Source: Bacilli bacterium
GTDB taxonomy: Bacteria > Bacillota_I > Bacilli_A > RF39 > UBA660
Reading direction: 5' to 3'
DNA: 64,000 bases
Assembly (NCBI GenBank): GCA_017428495.1
Contig: JAFRQS010000011.1
Span: forward strand, 140,215 to 204,214
Position 1 is the stretch's first letter. Every line of letters begins with the position of its first letter. A model generated the notes under the pieces. The model had not been told where the DNA came from and searched no databases. It saw only the letters and a program-made list of their open reading frames with translations. Shown in pieces: positions 54,843-64,000 of the stretch. A program made the translations under genes and the position numbers.

Positions 54843-55688
54843 TTATTCAATTATTTTAATTATTTCATTTATATATTTTGAAACACTTATTATTTTTTCG
54901 TGTTCTTTTTTATACAATAATTCATAATTATTACTTGGCAATAATTTTAGCCATTCCCCATTATCAGCTATCCATTGTCCATTAGCAATTTTATGCCATG
55001 TATAATTTGAATCTGTATTTGTCTCTAAATCATTATATATTCCATTTTCTTTCACATAGCCTAATATTGTAGATTGTAAATTAGGATTATCTCTAACGCG
55101 AAGATTGGATACCATTACTATTAATTGATCATTATTTTCATTTCTTTTGACATCTTGTGTAATCATAATATTCCCTACTTTCTTCCATAAATATTTGCTA
55201 TATTTTATTATTGTTTCATTGTTTATAAACAATGCATTAAATGGTTCTATGGTGTTTTTTAATTTATAAACATTTCCTACTTTTTCATTAATATAAATAT
55301 ATTCAGTTGGCATTACAAATTTGCCTCTCTGAACTTCTAAGTGGCAATGCTTTGACACACCTCCTGCTGTCCCCATATTGGAATATGTTTCTCCTTGTTT
55401 AAATCTTGAACCCACTTTTGGTGGATTATTATCATGACCAGTCCATAATGTCATATAATCAATAGTACCATTTGCATACTTCACCTTTTCATTACTTTGA
55501 AATGCTATGCCTCCACCATATTTTTGTGGGTCAACATGAACTATAGTACCATCAAAAGGTGCAATTAAATTTGTCACATAATAAGGCTTCAAAATACCAA
55601 AGTCAATTGCTTTAGTACTCTTATGGCTTCCAACATTCATTTCTTGACTTATCCATGTTTTAGAAATAGGAAAAATTGCACATTGCAT
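54843..55688 (-). CDS. M23-family peptidoglycan peptidase with SH3b-like C-terminal domain (endolysin-like)
   Basis: HxxxD (HKSTKAID) and HxH (HCHLEV) zinc motifs; C-terminal YTWHKIANGQWIADNGEWL SH3b-like wall-binding segment. Confidence 0.72.
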   Translation of the reverse strand: MQCAIFPISKTWISQEMNVGSHKSTKAIDFGILKPYYVTNLIAPFDGTIVHVDPQKYGGGIAFQSNEKVKYANGTIDYMTLWTGHDNNPPKVGSRFKQGETYSNMGTAGGVSKHCHLEVQRGKFVMPTEYIYINEKVGNVYKLKNTIEPFNALFINNETIIKYSKYLWKKVGNIMITQDVKRNENNDQLIVMVSNLRVRDNPNLQSTILGYVKENGIYNDLETNTDSNYTWHKIANGQWIADNGEWLKLLPSNNYELLYKKEHEKIISVSKYINEIIKIIE

Positions 55689-55689
55689 A

Positions 55690-56052
55690 TTATCCTATTC
55701 CTATCTCTGTTTCTTTTTCATATTCTTTTTCCTTAAAATCAACTTTTATTGTAAACATTTCTTTTAATTTAATCAAATCGTTGTATCCATATAATGAAAT
55801 TCCACTTATAAAAATTACCTTCATTCCATCAATTAAATTAAGATTATTTCCATCTATAGATATAATTAATATATTAGGATTTAAATAACTACATAAATAT
55901 AATAAAATGCAACTTATAATTATAAAAAAAGCCTTAAATAATCCATTTAAAAATTTATTTTTGTTCCACTCTTTCTTTATTGTTGCAAGTGAACAACCCA
56001 ATAATACATTTGAAATCATGACACAAATTAAACCAATAATTATTTTTATCAC
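55690..56052 (-). CDS. small polytopic membrane protein (holin/antiholin or toxin-immunity candidate)
   Basis: 120 aa, 3 predicted TM, translationally coupled to flanking genes. Confidence 0.5.
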   Translation of the reverse strand: MIKIIIGLICVMISNVLLGCSLATIKKEWNKNKFLNGLFKAFFIIISCILLYLCSYLNPNILIISIDGNNLNLIDGMKVIFISGISLYGYNDLIKLKEMFTIKVDFKEKEYEKETEIGIG

Positions 56053-56342
56053 TTTAAATCTCCTTTTAAATTTGGCAATTCATAAATTTTATTAACCATG
56101 GAAGTTATCATTCCATTTCCACCAAGTTTATGGTAACTTCTATAAATTTCTTCTATATTTTCTTTTATATAACTAGGACAATAACCAAAATCAATGTATA
56201 GTTCATACATTCTAATAATCTCATTACTAAGTAAGGCTTTGATTCCGTTTTTTAATCCCATATATTGTTTAAAAATATATATTATTAAAGAAGTTATCAT
56301 AGTGAACAAAAATTCTATCCAATATTTTAATATAAAATTCAT
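56049..56342 (-). CDS. small membrane protein (holin-like or Rhs-toxin immunity candidate)
   Basis: ~97 aa, N-terminal TM, YHKLGGNG motif; first gene after the Rhs toxin, directly upstream of the M23 peptidase. Confidence 0.5.
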   Translation of the reverse strand: MNFILKYWIEFLFTMITSLIIYIFKQYMGLKNGIKALLSNEIIRMYELYIDFGYCPSYIKENIEEIYRSYHKLGGNGMITSMVNKIYELPNLKGDLK

Positions 56343-56422
56343 ATATATTTCCACCTTTTACTTTATATTAAAATGAATTAATAATAATAATAATATTATT
56401 ACTAACCCATTTCAATACTATT

Positions 56423-59400
56423 TTAATTATTAATATCCCATTTAATTGATTCATATGTGCCAGGATTATAATATGGTCCAAGTTTATCATCAATATAATT
56501 TCTCATTCCATTTATACTACTAGAAAAACTATTATTTATTATATTTGATGCAACACCTTTGAAAATTGTCTTACCCGATACTTCTTTTATTATATCTTTT
56601 CTAATTTTAGTAGTATTTGATTTGAATACAGCACTATAACTATTTCTACCAGTAGTAATTTTTGGTGCCTTTATTGCTGGTACAGCTGAAATTGTTCCAA
56701 TAGCTGCATCAACAGCAGTATCTTTCATAATGTCCTTAAAAGGTCTTTTTTCCTCTCTTCCAATATTTTTTAAACCTTCAGATGTTAATCTAGACACTGC
56801 AGCAGAACCACCTCCAACTAGCAATGGATTTGCTGTAACTAAAGATATTCCAGTTCCTACTGAACCTCCAACACCTGATCCTACATAATCTTGCCATGGA
56901 GATACCTTCAATTCTCCAGACATTACACTATTGACTCCATCACTTATAGCTTGGCCTGCTAAACCAGCCAATGCTCCTACTCCTAATAACAATAATATTC
57001 CACCAATTACACTTTTACCATAATTGTCTATGTCATTTATAGGATTATTATTGCAATAAGTGTATAAATTGCAACTGATTATATCATTATTTTCACTAAC
57101 TAAACCATCTAAATTAATAAATCTACATAATTCAGGTGAATAATATCTGTTATTCAAATAATATAAAGATGTTTCGTTATCATAGTAATAACTTCTATAT
57201 CTAAATGAATTTATATGTGCTACACTAGTACTATCATTAATAATTGCCCCACTACCATCTGTTATTGAAATAATATTTCCATATGCGTCATAATTATATC
57301 TCGCTATTATATTATTTGTATCATTTAAAATTGCTATTATATCTCCAAATAAATTTTTTAAATAATAATAAATACTACCATTATATTTAAATCCAATTAA
57401 ATCTCCAACACCATTTCTTATATAAAATATTGTATTATTATTTGTTGTTTCACTAACAATCTTACTTCCCTCTAATTTATACGTGGTTTCAATATCATTT
57501 ACAATCTTCTTTTCACGTACACCATTAAAGTCGTATTTATAAGTAACAGATACTGTATTATCACTATAACTACTTAGTTGTCTACCATTTATCCAAGTTA
57601 AAACTTTATTTCCAATTGAAGTTGGATTACCAATATTATCATAAGTTATAAGTTGATTATTAAATTTAGTTAATTGATTTTTCCAATTACTATTTTGATA
57701 TTTATATATTTGTTGTGATATCTGATTATATGTATTAATATAATATGTTTTTTTAGAAATCACATTACCATAATTGTCGTATTTATAACGAAATGTTGTA
57801 TTTAGTAAATAATTATGATCAGTTACTAATTGATTATAAATATCATAAATATATTCATTCTGTAATTCATTATTATAATAAATTTTAACGATATTTCCTA
57901 AACTATCATACTCATAATCATATTTTTCATTATTTAATATAATACTTTTAATTTTTGTAGAATTCCTATATCCATTAGATAAATATTTATATTCTATATT
58001 AAAAGTATTATTAATTCTTTTATTTGTTAATCTGCCAATCTCATCATAAATATAATCAATTATTTTTGTATCAAATTCAGTTTGTATAATAGAATCCTCA
58101 GAATTATAAGTATTTTCTACTTTTTCCCTATTATTTCCTATTATATATTCTTTACTAGTTATATTATCATTTAAATCATAATTATATATAATTTTAAAAT
58201 TGTCTGTTATATATTTGGATAATCTCTTAGCCAAGTCATAAATAAACTTTTTATATCCACTATTATCAACTATTTTAACTAACTCTCCATTATTATCATA
58301 ATAATACCTATATGTATTATCAGATTTTACAACTTCTTTTATTCTATTAAAATCGTCATAATTATATAAAATACTATTGTTATTACCATATGATGAAGAA
58401 TATAAATTACCATTGTTAATTTCATAATCATTATTTATTAGAGTTATATTATTTCCAATCTTTACACTTGTCAAATTACTAAAATTATCATATAAAAAAT
58501 TATATTCAATATTGCCATCAAAAACTTTTGTAAGCAAATTCTGATTATAAGAAAACTCTAAAAATTTATTATTGTTTTTTATTTTTACTAATTGTTTTTT
58601 GTTGTTATACTCATACTCTATTTTACAACCATTAGCATTAGTAATGTAGTTTAGCAATCCTGTTACATCATCAATATTATAAGAAGTCTTATTAAACAAT
58701 GAATCTATAATTTGTGTTAAATATTTTCCACTTGTATCATATTTAGCATCATTTTCAATAAATAATTTGTTAAAATTTTCTATATAAAAATTATAATTAT
58801 CATTATTATCTTCCAAATTATCTAATACAATGCTATTGTTAATTATTTTTAAATATTTTCCATTTGATTTTGATTGAATTTTATAACTTCCATTATTATT
58901 TTTTATCAAAGAAAACAAAGAGTTATCACCATCATAAGAGCTCAAAATTAAATTTGAATTAGATACAGTAAAATATTTATTATTAATTATAGAATGATTT
59001 ATTGTGTAATAAGAACCACTTGACTCAAAATACCATTTATCATGACCGCATTTATCAACATCTACATTAAGTTGATTATTAATTAATCTGAAGTAATTAT
59101 CAGTTCCTTTTTGTCTTATCCTATACAAAGCATTTGTAATTTCTTCTAAATTTTCTTTTGCTATTTTAGTGCAAATTGGATTACCATATACATCACAATT
59201 AACAATATTTGATATACCAGAATTACTTATTCCTCTAATCATTCTATTTGTTATTATATTATCATATTCAAAACAGTAGTTTTTACCTAATGGATTAGTT
59301 ACTTCTATTAGTTGATTATTTTTGTCATATTTAAACTCATTTAAATCATTATTTAAACCTCGAGATAAAATAATGTTTCCATTATCATCATAGTCATAAG

Positions 59401-62400
59401 AAATAGAGCCTATATTCTTAAACAAATTTATATCTGTTATATAGAATTCATTAGCATTTAGTTCTTGATCTAAAAATAATGTAAATGAGTTATAATCTGC
59501 TGCTGCAACAAAATTTACTGAAAAATATTGCCATTCGGTTTCATTTGGAATAAATGATTTACTTTGTAAAATTGGTCCATAAGGATTACTTCCTTCGACA
59601 TAATCGAAGTCCATATCAATTACATTATAAAAAAATGCACCCATTCCATAGTCAGAAACTATTCCTTTATTTTTATACCATAATGATAATGTATAAACAT
59701 CACCAGCAGCACCTGAAATATTAAATGTTTTACTGAATTTTGTAATAATATCCGGATTCATATTAATTTTTAATGCGGTTTTACCAGTGCTTAATGTAAC
59801 TGTTTCAAATAAGTTACTTAAATTTATTGTTGGATAATCAGTAGGATCTGCAAAATTATAAATAACATCATGATAATCTGCACTTACATTCCAATCTGCA
59901 TAACCACTTGAAAAATCTGAATTTTCAACTAAATTATAGTCATTTGCAACTTCACCTTTTTCTAACTGAATTGCATCTACATATGTTGTACCAGAATCAG
60001 TAATAATTTCTAATATTAAATTACCTGTAGCAGTTGTAGGATAATTAATAGTTACATCACTTCTATAGAAATCAGTATTATCGTCAACTTCATTTCCATA
60101 AACTCTTACTACTTCATTACTTGAATCAATATAACTAAGTGCTACTTTTGCTATATTACCTGTTTTTAAATATGCACTAAATGTATAATCATTACCTTTT
60201 GAAACAGATATATTTCTAGATATAATACTACCAATATTATTTGAAATAATTTTAAGAGATTTTTTACCTATATATGCTTCATCTTGTGACAATGAAAGTG
60301 ATACTCCTGATGGGGCTGAAAAATCAATAGTTGTAGATTCAAAATTACTATTAGTAACATAGTTTTTTACTGATTGAATAGGTATATAATCTTCCATTAA
60401 TTTATTTGAATATTTAGTAAATGTTGTACCAACAGCTTCACCATAGTTAATGCTTTTCCCATAAGCATCACCTACATCCTCTCTAGCCTTTAATGAAGAA
60501 GTTGACTCCAATGTGCCATTATCTTTAAATGTCATAGTAGTTGTTTTTCCATCATTATCAGTTATAGTTGTTGAATTAAATTGATATAACACATTATAGT
60601 ATCTTCCTAATGTATTATTATACCCATATTCAGATACTTTCTTTATTCTAAATGGTGAAATTTCATAATATTCATATGCAATTTTTGTTTGATCAATATC
60701 AACAATTTCGGTAATTATATTATTTGCATTATAAGAAAATGACATAGTACCTAAATATGACACAATACTAGTAATCTTATTATTTGATAAATTAATTGTT
60801 CTATTACCATCTGGATTGGTTACTACAATATTATTGTTATTATATACAATGCTTATTTGAGCATTATCTGCATCTACTATTGTAGTAATTCTATTATTAT
60901 TATCATAACTTATTGTAATAGTATTATCTTTTACATCTCTAATTTCTGATAAATAACCAACACCATTAGATTTTATGAATTTCATTTTATTTCCATCTTT
61001 ATCCTCTAATAGATAGTAGTTAGTATTATCAGTAATTATTAAATTAAGTCCATCTTCATCCTTATAAATACCATCATCTAAATAAAAATAATGGATTGTA
61101 CTATCATCATCTATATATTTTAAATATAAAATTTCATTTATTGTCTCTTCCTCAATTGTTTGAGATAAGTTAAGTCTCCAACCAAGCCCATAACCAATAT
61201 TATTATTTGATATCACATCATTTGTATTATAAACTAAGTTTAAATTAGCCGGTAATTTACCTCCTATAGTTTTTCCTATATCAAATAGACCAACTAAATT
61301 TCCATTATAATTATTAACATATGTATTTCCAATATTAAAGCTTTGTTTGAAATAATTCATATAGTTTTCTAAACCATTTTGATTTCTGTATATTATTACC
61401 AAATAAGGTGTACTATTACTTTCTCTTGATGAAAATGTTGGAACTACAGAATTTTTATACTCTTCTGTATTTTGTTTTATCATCAAGCCATTATTAACTT
61501 TATCTGTGTACCAGTGTTTAACTATATTTGTTATATCACTAGTTAACAAATTAAATTGTGAATTATCTGACCCTAATAATGGCATCAAATCACAATCACT
61601 TACACCTTCAATTCTAGATTCATAATTACTATTCATATTATTCCAATTAGCAGTAGATTCATTCCAATCAGTTGTAATTGGATGTAGAGCAAATACTACA
61701 TGTTTAAAATCAGATGCTGGAAAATTTGTTTCATATCCTGTTAAATTTAATTGAGCAGATACAACTTGATCTCCAGTAGATAAAGGTGGTAAGTTAAATT
61801 TTATTAAAGCTCTATTTGGAACATCTACTCCATTAACTTTTTCAACACCAATTTTAAAATAGCTTAGACTTCCTCTACTAATATTGGTATCTCCTGGATA
61901 AATATATGTATCTTTAACTGATGTACTTTGATTATCTAATATTATCGTTGGATCAATAATAACCGGATATTCAGCCTTATTTAGCCAATCTTTATTTACA
62001 TTTAGTTCTAATAAATATTGTCCATCTTTTTCATCTATATTATAAAAAATATCACAACATTCATTAGTTTTATTATCAATCATAAAAGGCGCTTCAAATC
62101 TAAATATTTCATTATCATCTTTCGAAGCAATTATACTTTTATCTTCTTTTAAATTTAATTTTAAATTAGTATCAACATTAAATACTATTTTTTGATCTAT
62201 ACTACTTTTATCATTTATTACTATATTTTCTTTTATTTTACCATTTATCAATTTATATTCAATATCAATACCATTTAATATATTCAAATATTTAAATAAA
62301 TACTTATTTATATCAATCTTATCAATTTTACTATTAAGCAACTTTAATTTTAAATAATAATTATCTTGCTCAATTTCTAATAAATTATTTGTTTCTTTTT

Positions 62401-62602
62401 TATTAAATTTAACACTATAAGAATTGCTTTTATTAACATAAAAGTCATCTTGTTCTATAAGTGTATTATCAATTTCTACATATTTGTCATTTTTTAAATA
62501 ATGGATATCTTCGTTATAAAGACATACTTTAACAGTTCCATCTTCTCTTAAAAAATGTTTTTCTCTTGGTTTTCTTTTCTCTAATAGTTCTATTTCTTTC
62601 AT
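56423..62602 (-). CDS. Rhs/YD-repeat polymorphic toxin with ricin-B-like lectin module and glycine-zipper C-terminal domain
   Basis: Start trimmed to MKEIELLEKRK (RBS AAAGGAG). Many YD repeats (YEYDSLGNIVKI, YNYDAYGNII). Rhs core end YYLNNRYYSPELCRFINLDG...DIDNYGKS. QxW-like beta-trefoil region (DKWYFESSG...). 190-aa C-terminal tip rich in GxxxG (GGILLLLGVGALAGLAGQ...). Confidence 0.85.
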   Translation of the reverse strand: MKEIELLEKRKPREKHFLREDGTVKVCLYNEDIHYLKNDKYVEIDNTLIEQDDFYVNKSNSYSVKFNKKETNNLLEIEQDNYYLKLKLLNSKIDKIDINKYLFKYLNILNGIDIEYKLINGKIKENIVINDKSSIDQKIVFNVDTNLKLNLKEDKSIIASKDDNEIFRFEAPFMIDNKTNECCDIFYNIDEKDGQYLLELNVNKDWLNKAEYPVIIDPTIILDNQSTSVKDTYIYPGDTNISRGSLSYFKIGVEKVNGVDVPNRALIKFNLPPLSTGDQVVSAQLNLTGYETNFPASDFKHVVFALHPITTDWNESTANWNNMNSNYESRIEGVSDCDLMPLLGSDNSQFNLLTSDITNIVKHWYTDKVNNGLMIKQNTEEYKNSVVPTFSSRESNSTPYLVIIYRNQNGLENYMNYFKQSFNIGNTYVNNYNGNLVGLFDIGKTIGGKLPANLNLVYNTNDVISNNNIGYGLGWRLNLSQTIEEETINEILYLKYIDDDSTIHYFYLDDGIYKDEDGLNLIITDNTNYYLLEDKDGNKMKFIKSNGVGYLSEIRDVKDNTITISYDNNNRITTIVDADNAQISIVYNNNNIVVTNPDGNRTINLSNNKITSIVSYLGTMSFSYNANNIITEIVDIDQTKIAYEYYEISPFRIKKVSEYGYNNTLGRYYNVLYQFNSTTITDNDGKTTTMTFKDNGTLESTSSLKAREDVGDAYGKSINYGEAVGTTFTKYSNKLMEDYIPIQSVKNYVTNSNFESTTIDFSAPSGVSLSLSQDEAYIGKKSLKIISNNIGSIISRNISVSKGNDYTFSAYLKTGNIAKVALSYIDSSNEVVRVYGNEVDDNTDFYRSDVTINYPTTATGNLILEIITDSGTTYVDAIQLEKGEVANDYNLVENSDFSSGYADWNVSADYHDVIYNFADPTDYPTINLSNLFETVTLSTGKTALKINMNPDIITKFSKTFNISGAAGDVYTLSLWYKNKGIVSDYGMGAFFYNVIDMDFDYVEGSNPYGPILQSKSFIPNETEWQYFSVNFVAAADYNSFTLFLDQELNANEFYITDINLFKNIGSISYDYDDNGNIILSRGLNNDLNEFKYDKNNQLIEVTNPLGKNYCFEYDNIITNRMIRGISNSGISNIVNCDVYGNPICTKIAKENLEEITNALYRIRQKGTDNYFRLINNQLNVDVDKCGHDKWYFESSGSYYTINHSIINNKYFTVSNSNLILSSYDGDNSLFSLIKNNNGSYKIQSKSNGKYLKIINNSIVLDNLEDNNDNYNFYIENFNKLFIENDAKYDTSGKYLTQIIDSLFNKTSYNIDDVTGLLNYITNANGCKIEYEYNNKKQLVKIKNNNKFLEFSYNQNLLTKVFDGNIEYNFLYDNFSNLTSVKIGNNITLINNDYEINNGNLYSSSYGNNNSILYNYDDFNRIKEVVKSDNTYRYYYDNNGELVKIVDNSGYKKFIYDLAKRLSKYITDNFKIIYNYDLNDNITSKEYIIGNNREKVENTYNSEDSIIQTEFDTKIIDYIYDEIGRLTNKRINNTFNIEYKYLSNGYRNSTKIKSIILNNEKYDYEYDSLGNIVKIYYNNELQNEYIYDIYNQLVTDHNYLLNTTFRYKYDNYGNVISKKTYYINTYNQISQQIYKYQNSNWKNQLTKFNNQLITYDNIGNPTSIGNKVLTWINGRQLSSYSDNTVSVTYKYDFNGVREKKIVNDIETTYKLEGSKIVSETTNNNTIFYIRNGVGDLIGFKYNGSIYYYLKNLFGDIIAILNDTNNIIARYNYDAYGNIISITDGSGAIINDSTSVAHINSFRYRSYYYDNETSLYYLNNRYYSPELCRFINLDGLVSENNDIISCNLYTYCNNNPINDIDNYGKSVIGGILLLLGVGALAGLAGQAISDGVNSVMSGELKVSPWQDYVGSGVGGSVGTGISLVTANPLLVGGGSAAVSRLTSEGLKNIGREEKRPFKDIMKDTAVDAAIGTISAVPAIKAPKITTGRNSYSAVFKSNTTKIRKDIIKEVSGKTIFKGVASNIINNSFSSSINGMRNYIDDKLGPYYNPGTYESIKWDINN

Positions 62603-62634
62603 TTTTTCTCCTTTCAATGTGTAAAAAAGAACAA

Positions 62635-63888
62635 TTAAGCTGTTCTTTTCCACATATAAACTTCGTATCTTAAAGGTGTTACAGAGTGAGTATGGTTTCC
62701 AAGTGTATGAGTATGTGAACTAAGTGTATGAGTATGTGAACTAAGTGTATGAGTATGTCCTTTACCTCCACCTGTATTTTGGTTGGTTGCAGTAGCATTA
62801 GCAGTATAATATGTTGAAACTCCAGCTTGTGCATTATAACCTGACGCATGACCAACATAACTATCTTTAGGAGTTACATTCATCCAAGTATCTGAATGCT
62901 GTGCATGTCTATGTGCATTTTGAACATGAGTATGACTAGGCATTTGTTCAATAGTTATTGCAGTACTTCCAGATGTATTTGTACTTGGTCCACCGGATGT
63001 ATTTGTACTTGGTCCACCAGATGTATTTGTACTTGGTGTCCCAGATGTATTGCTTCCAGCAGTATTTCCCCCAGTTCCTGCATATAAATAATATCCATTT
63101 ATTCTCTGCCATGTACCACCAAATAGTGTCGCAGGACTAGTGTTTAATATGGACATATAAATACTTCCCACTGGATATATTAAATCACATATTGTTTGTT
63201 CATCTATAATTCCTGATGAACCATTTGTAGTAATTGAATTAACAACTAAATTACCATTTGCATCTAAACTAAATTTATTATTTTTCGATGTTAAACATTC
63301 TGCCTCCAAATTATCAATCTCAAGATTTAATTTATTTTGAGTTTTTGTAAAGGCATCTTTAAAATATATATCATCTTTAGTTAATGCTCTTTTATCCCTT
63401 TGTCCATTGAAAATACCACTTGATAAATACATTTTATTTTCATCTGTATCTTTCAAAAATATTGCTGTTATTTCGATATTTGAATAGTTTGTATAAATAT
63501 AGTTAGTTCCATCAAATAATACTATATCAGCTATGTCTAATTCTTCCTCTACTGGTTCTAATAACTCACTTGTTCCATCACTACTAATTTTTCTAATTAC
63601 TTTTGATATTAATAGCGAATCATTTTCTACTACATTAACCTCTTGTAATAATTCATCACCTGTGCCATTGTAATACCTTAATATATCGTCTAAATTAAAT
63701 ACATATTGCTTCCTTTCTGAAGTAGGATTTGATGAGGCTGCTTTATCAACATATACAATTAAATCATTTGTATTAGGAGCTACTGTATTACTTTTCATTT
63801 TTAAATTTAATCTAAACAAAGATGCACTTAATGCATTTTGTATAATTATTTCATTTTGACCTGTTACTGTTTGGTCTGTTAAATTCAT
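62635..63888 (-). CDS. phage tail-fibre/collar-like protein with His-rich tandem repeats
   Basis: 417 aa; IYPVGSIYMS...FGGTWQRI tail-collar-like motif; TNTSGGPS x3 and HTHTLSS x3 repeats (24-bp and 21-bp DNA repeats at ~62985-63060 and ~62690-62755). Confidence 0.55.
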   Translation of the reverse strand: MNLTDQTVTGQNEIIIQNALSASLFRLNLKMKSNTVAPNTNDLIVYVDKAASSNPTSERKQYVFNLDDILRYYNGTGDELLQEVNVVENDSLLISKVIRKISSDGTSELLEPVEEELDIADIVLFDGTNYIYTNYSNIEITAIFLKDTDENKMYLSSGIFNGQRDKRALTKDDIYFKDAFTKTQNKLNLEIDNLEAECLTSKNNKFSLDANGNLVVNSITTNGSSGIIDEQTICDLIYPVGSIYMSILNTSPATLFGGTWQRINGYYLYAGTGGNTAGSNTSGTPSTNTSGGPSTNTSGGPSTNTSGSTAITIEQMPSHTHVQNAHRHAQHSDTWMNVTPKDSYVGHASGYNAQAGVSTYYTANATATNQNTGGGKGHTHTLSSHTHTLSSHTHTLGNHTHSVTPLRYEVYMWKRTA

Positions 63889-63947
63889 TTTTAATCATCC
63901 TTTCTTTTTCTAAAATTTTTATTTTCTCAACTATATCATTAAACAGT

Positions 63948-64000
63948 TATTTGCTAGGTAACTTCATAGGAATTTCACCTTCTTGTAACATCAAGACAGT
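63948..64000 (-). CDS. 3' end of an upstream minus-strand gene (partial, unknown)
   Basis: Open frame ending ...EGEIPMKLPSK-stop before the RBS of the tail-fibre-like gene. Confidence 0.3.

Larger units (their letters stand above)
49040..64000. mobile_element. skin-like sigK-intervening element (prophage/ICE-derived), right end beyond window
   Basis: Starts at the sigK disruption point. Content switches to XRE regulators, a TraG-like ATPase, lysis genes, tail-fibre-like and Rhs toxin genes. No C-terminal sigK half within the remaining 15 kb. Confidence 0.65.

Overview
This is a very AT-rich window, about 25% GC. Gene order matches an endospore-forming Firmicute of the Clostridia/Bacilli type; no species can be assigned from the sequence alone.

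The first ~49 kb is almost all minus-strand housekeeping backbone with Bacillus/Clostridium-like synteny:
- tgt-queA-ruvB-[extra ORF]-ruvA.
- A T-box leader, a DUF1653 gene and serS.
- A prepilin peptidase (pilD) and a PilC-like platform gene.
- trmK-sigA-dnaG.
- A sirA-like gene, yneF and lexA with Cheo boxes.
- divIB-murB-murG-rsmD and ylbF/E/D-like genes.
- parC and a GH25 lipoprotein.
- Two large type IV pilin genes.
- rplT-rpmI-infC with an L20 leader.
- A T-box-regulated ORF plus glyQS, and an amidoligase-like gene.
- dnaJ-pepF-dnaK-ORF-grpE-hrcA with CIRCE.
- A third large pilin.
- rnfC-rnfDG(fused)-rnfE-rnfA-rnfB(truncated).
- yqeH-yqeG.

At ~49.04 kb the sporulation sigma factor gene sigK stops after its N-terminal half, at the same residue (…ARCIEN) where B. 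subtilis sigK is split by the skin element. From there to the window end, ≥15 kb, lies a prophage/ICE-like inserted element. It carries:
- XRE regulators.
- A TraG/VirD4-like P-loop ATPase.
- A secreted repeat protein.
- An M23 endolysin-like peptidase with two small membrane proteins (holin or immunity candidates).
- A 2,059-aa Rhs/YD-repeat polymorphic toxin with a ricin-B-like lectin module and a glycine-zipper C-terminal tip.
- A tail-fibre-like protein with His-rich repeats.

The observations most worth following up are:
- The skin-like element and its Rhs toxin / tail-fibre / lysis module.
- A PilC platform protein with a ~470-aa lysine/glutamate-rich N-terminal extension built from 16-aa tandem repeats, next to pilD with no ATPase gene nearby.
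- Three paralogous 370–450-aa modular pilins scattered in housekeeping loci, one of them flanked by ~100-bp direct repeats.
- An 84-aa RnfB stump overlapped by a pilus-region gene.
- A LexA-box-controlled small membrane ORF divergent from lexA.

No rRNA, tRNA or CRISPR arrays were seen.
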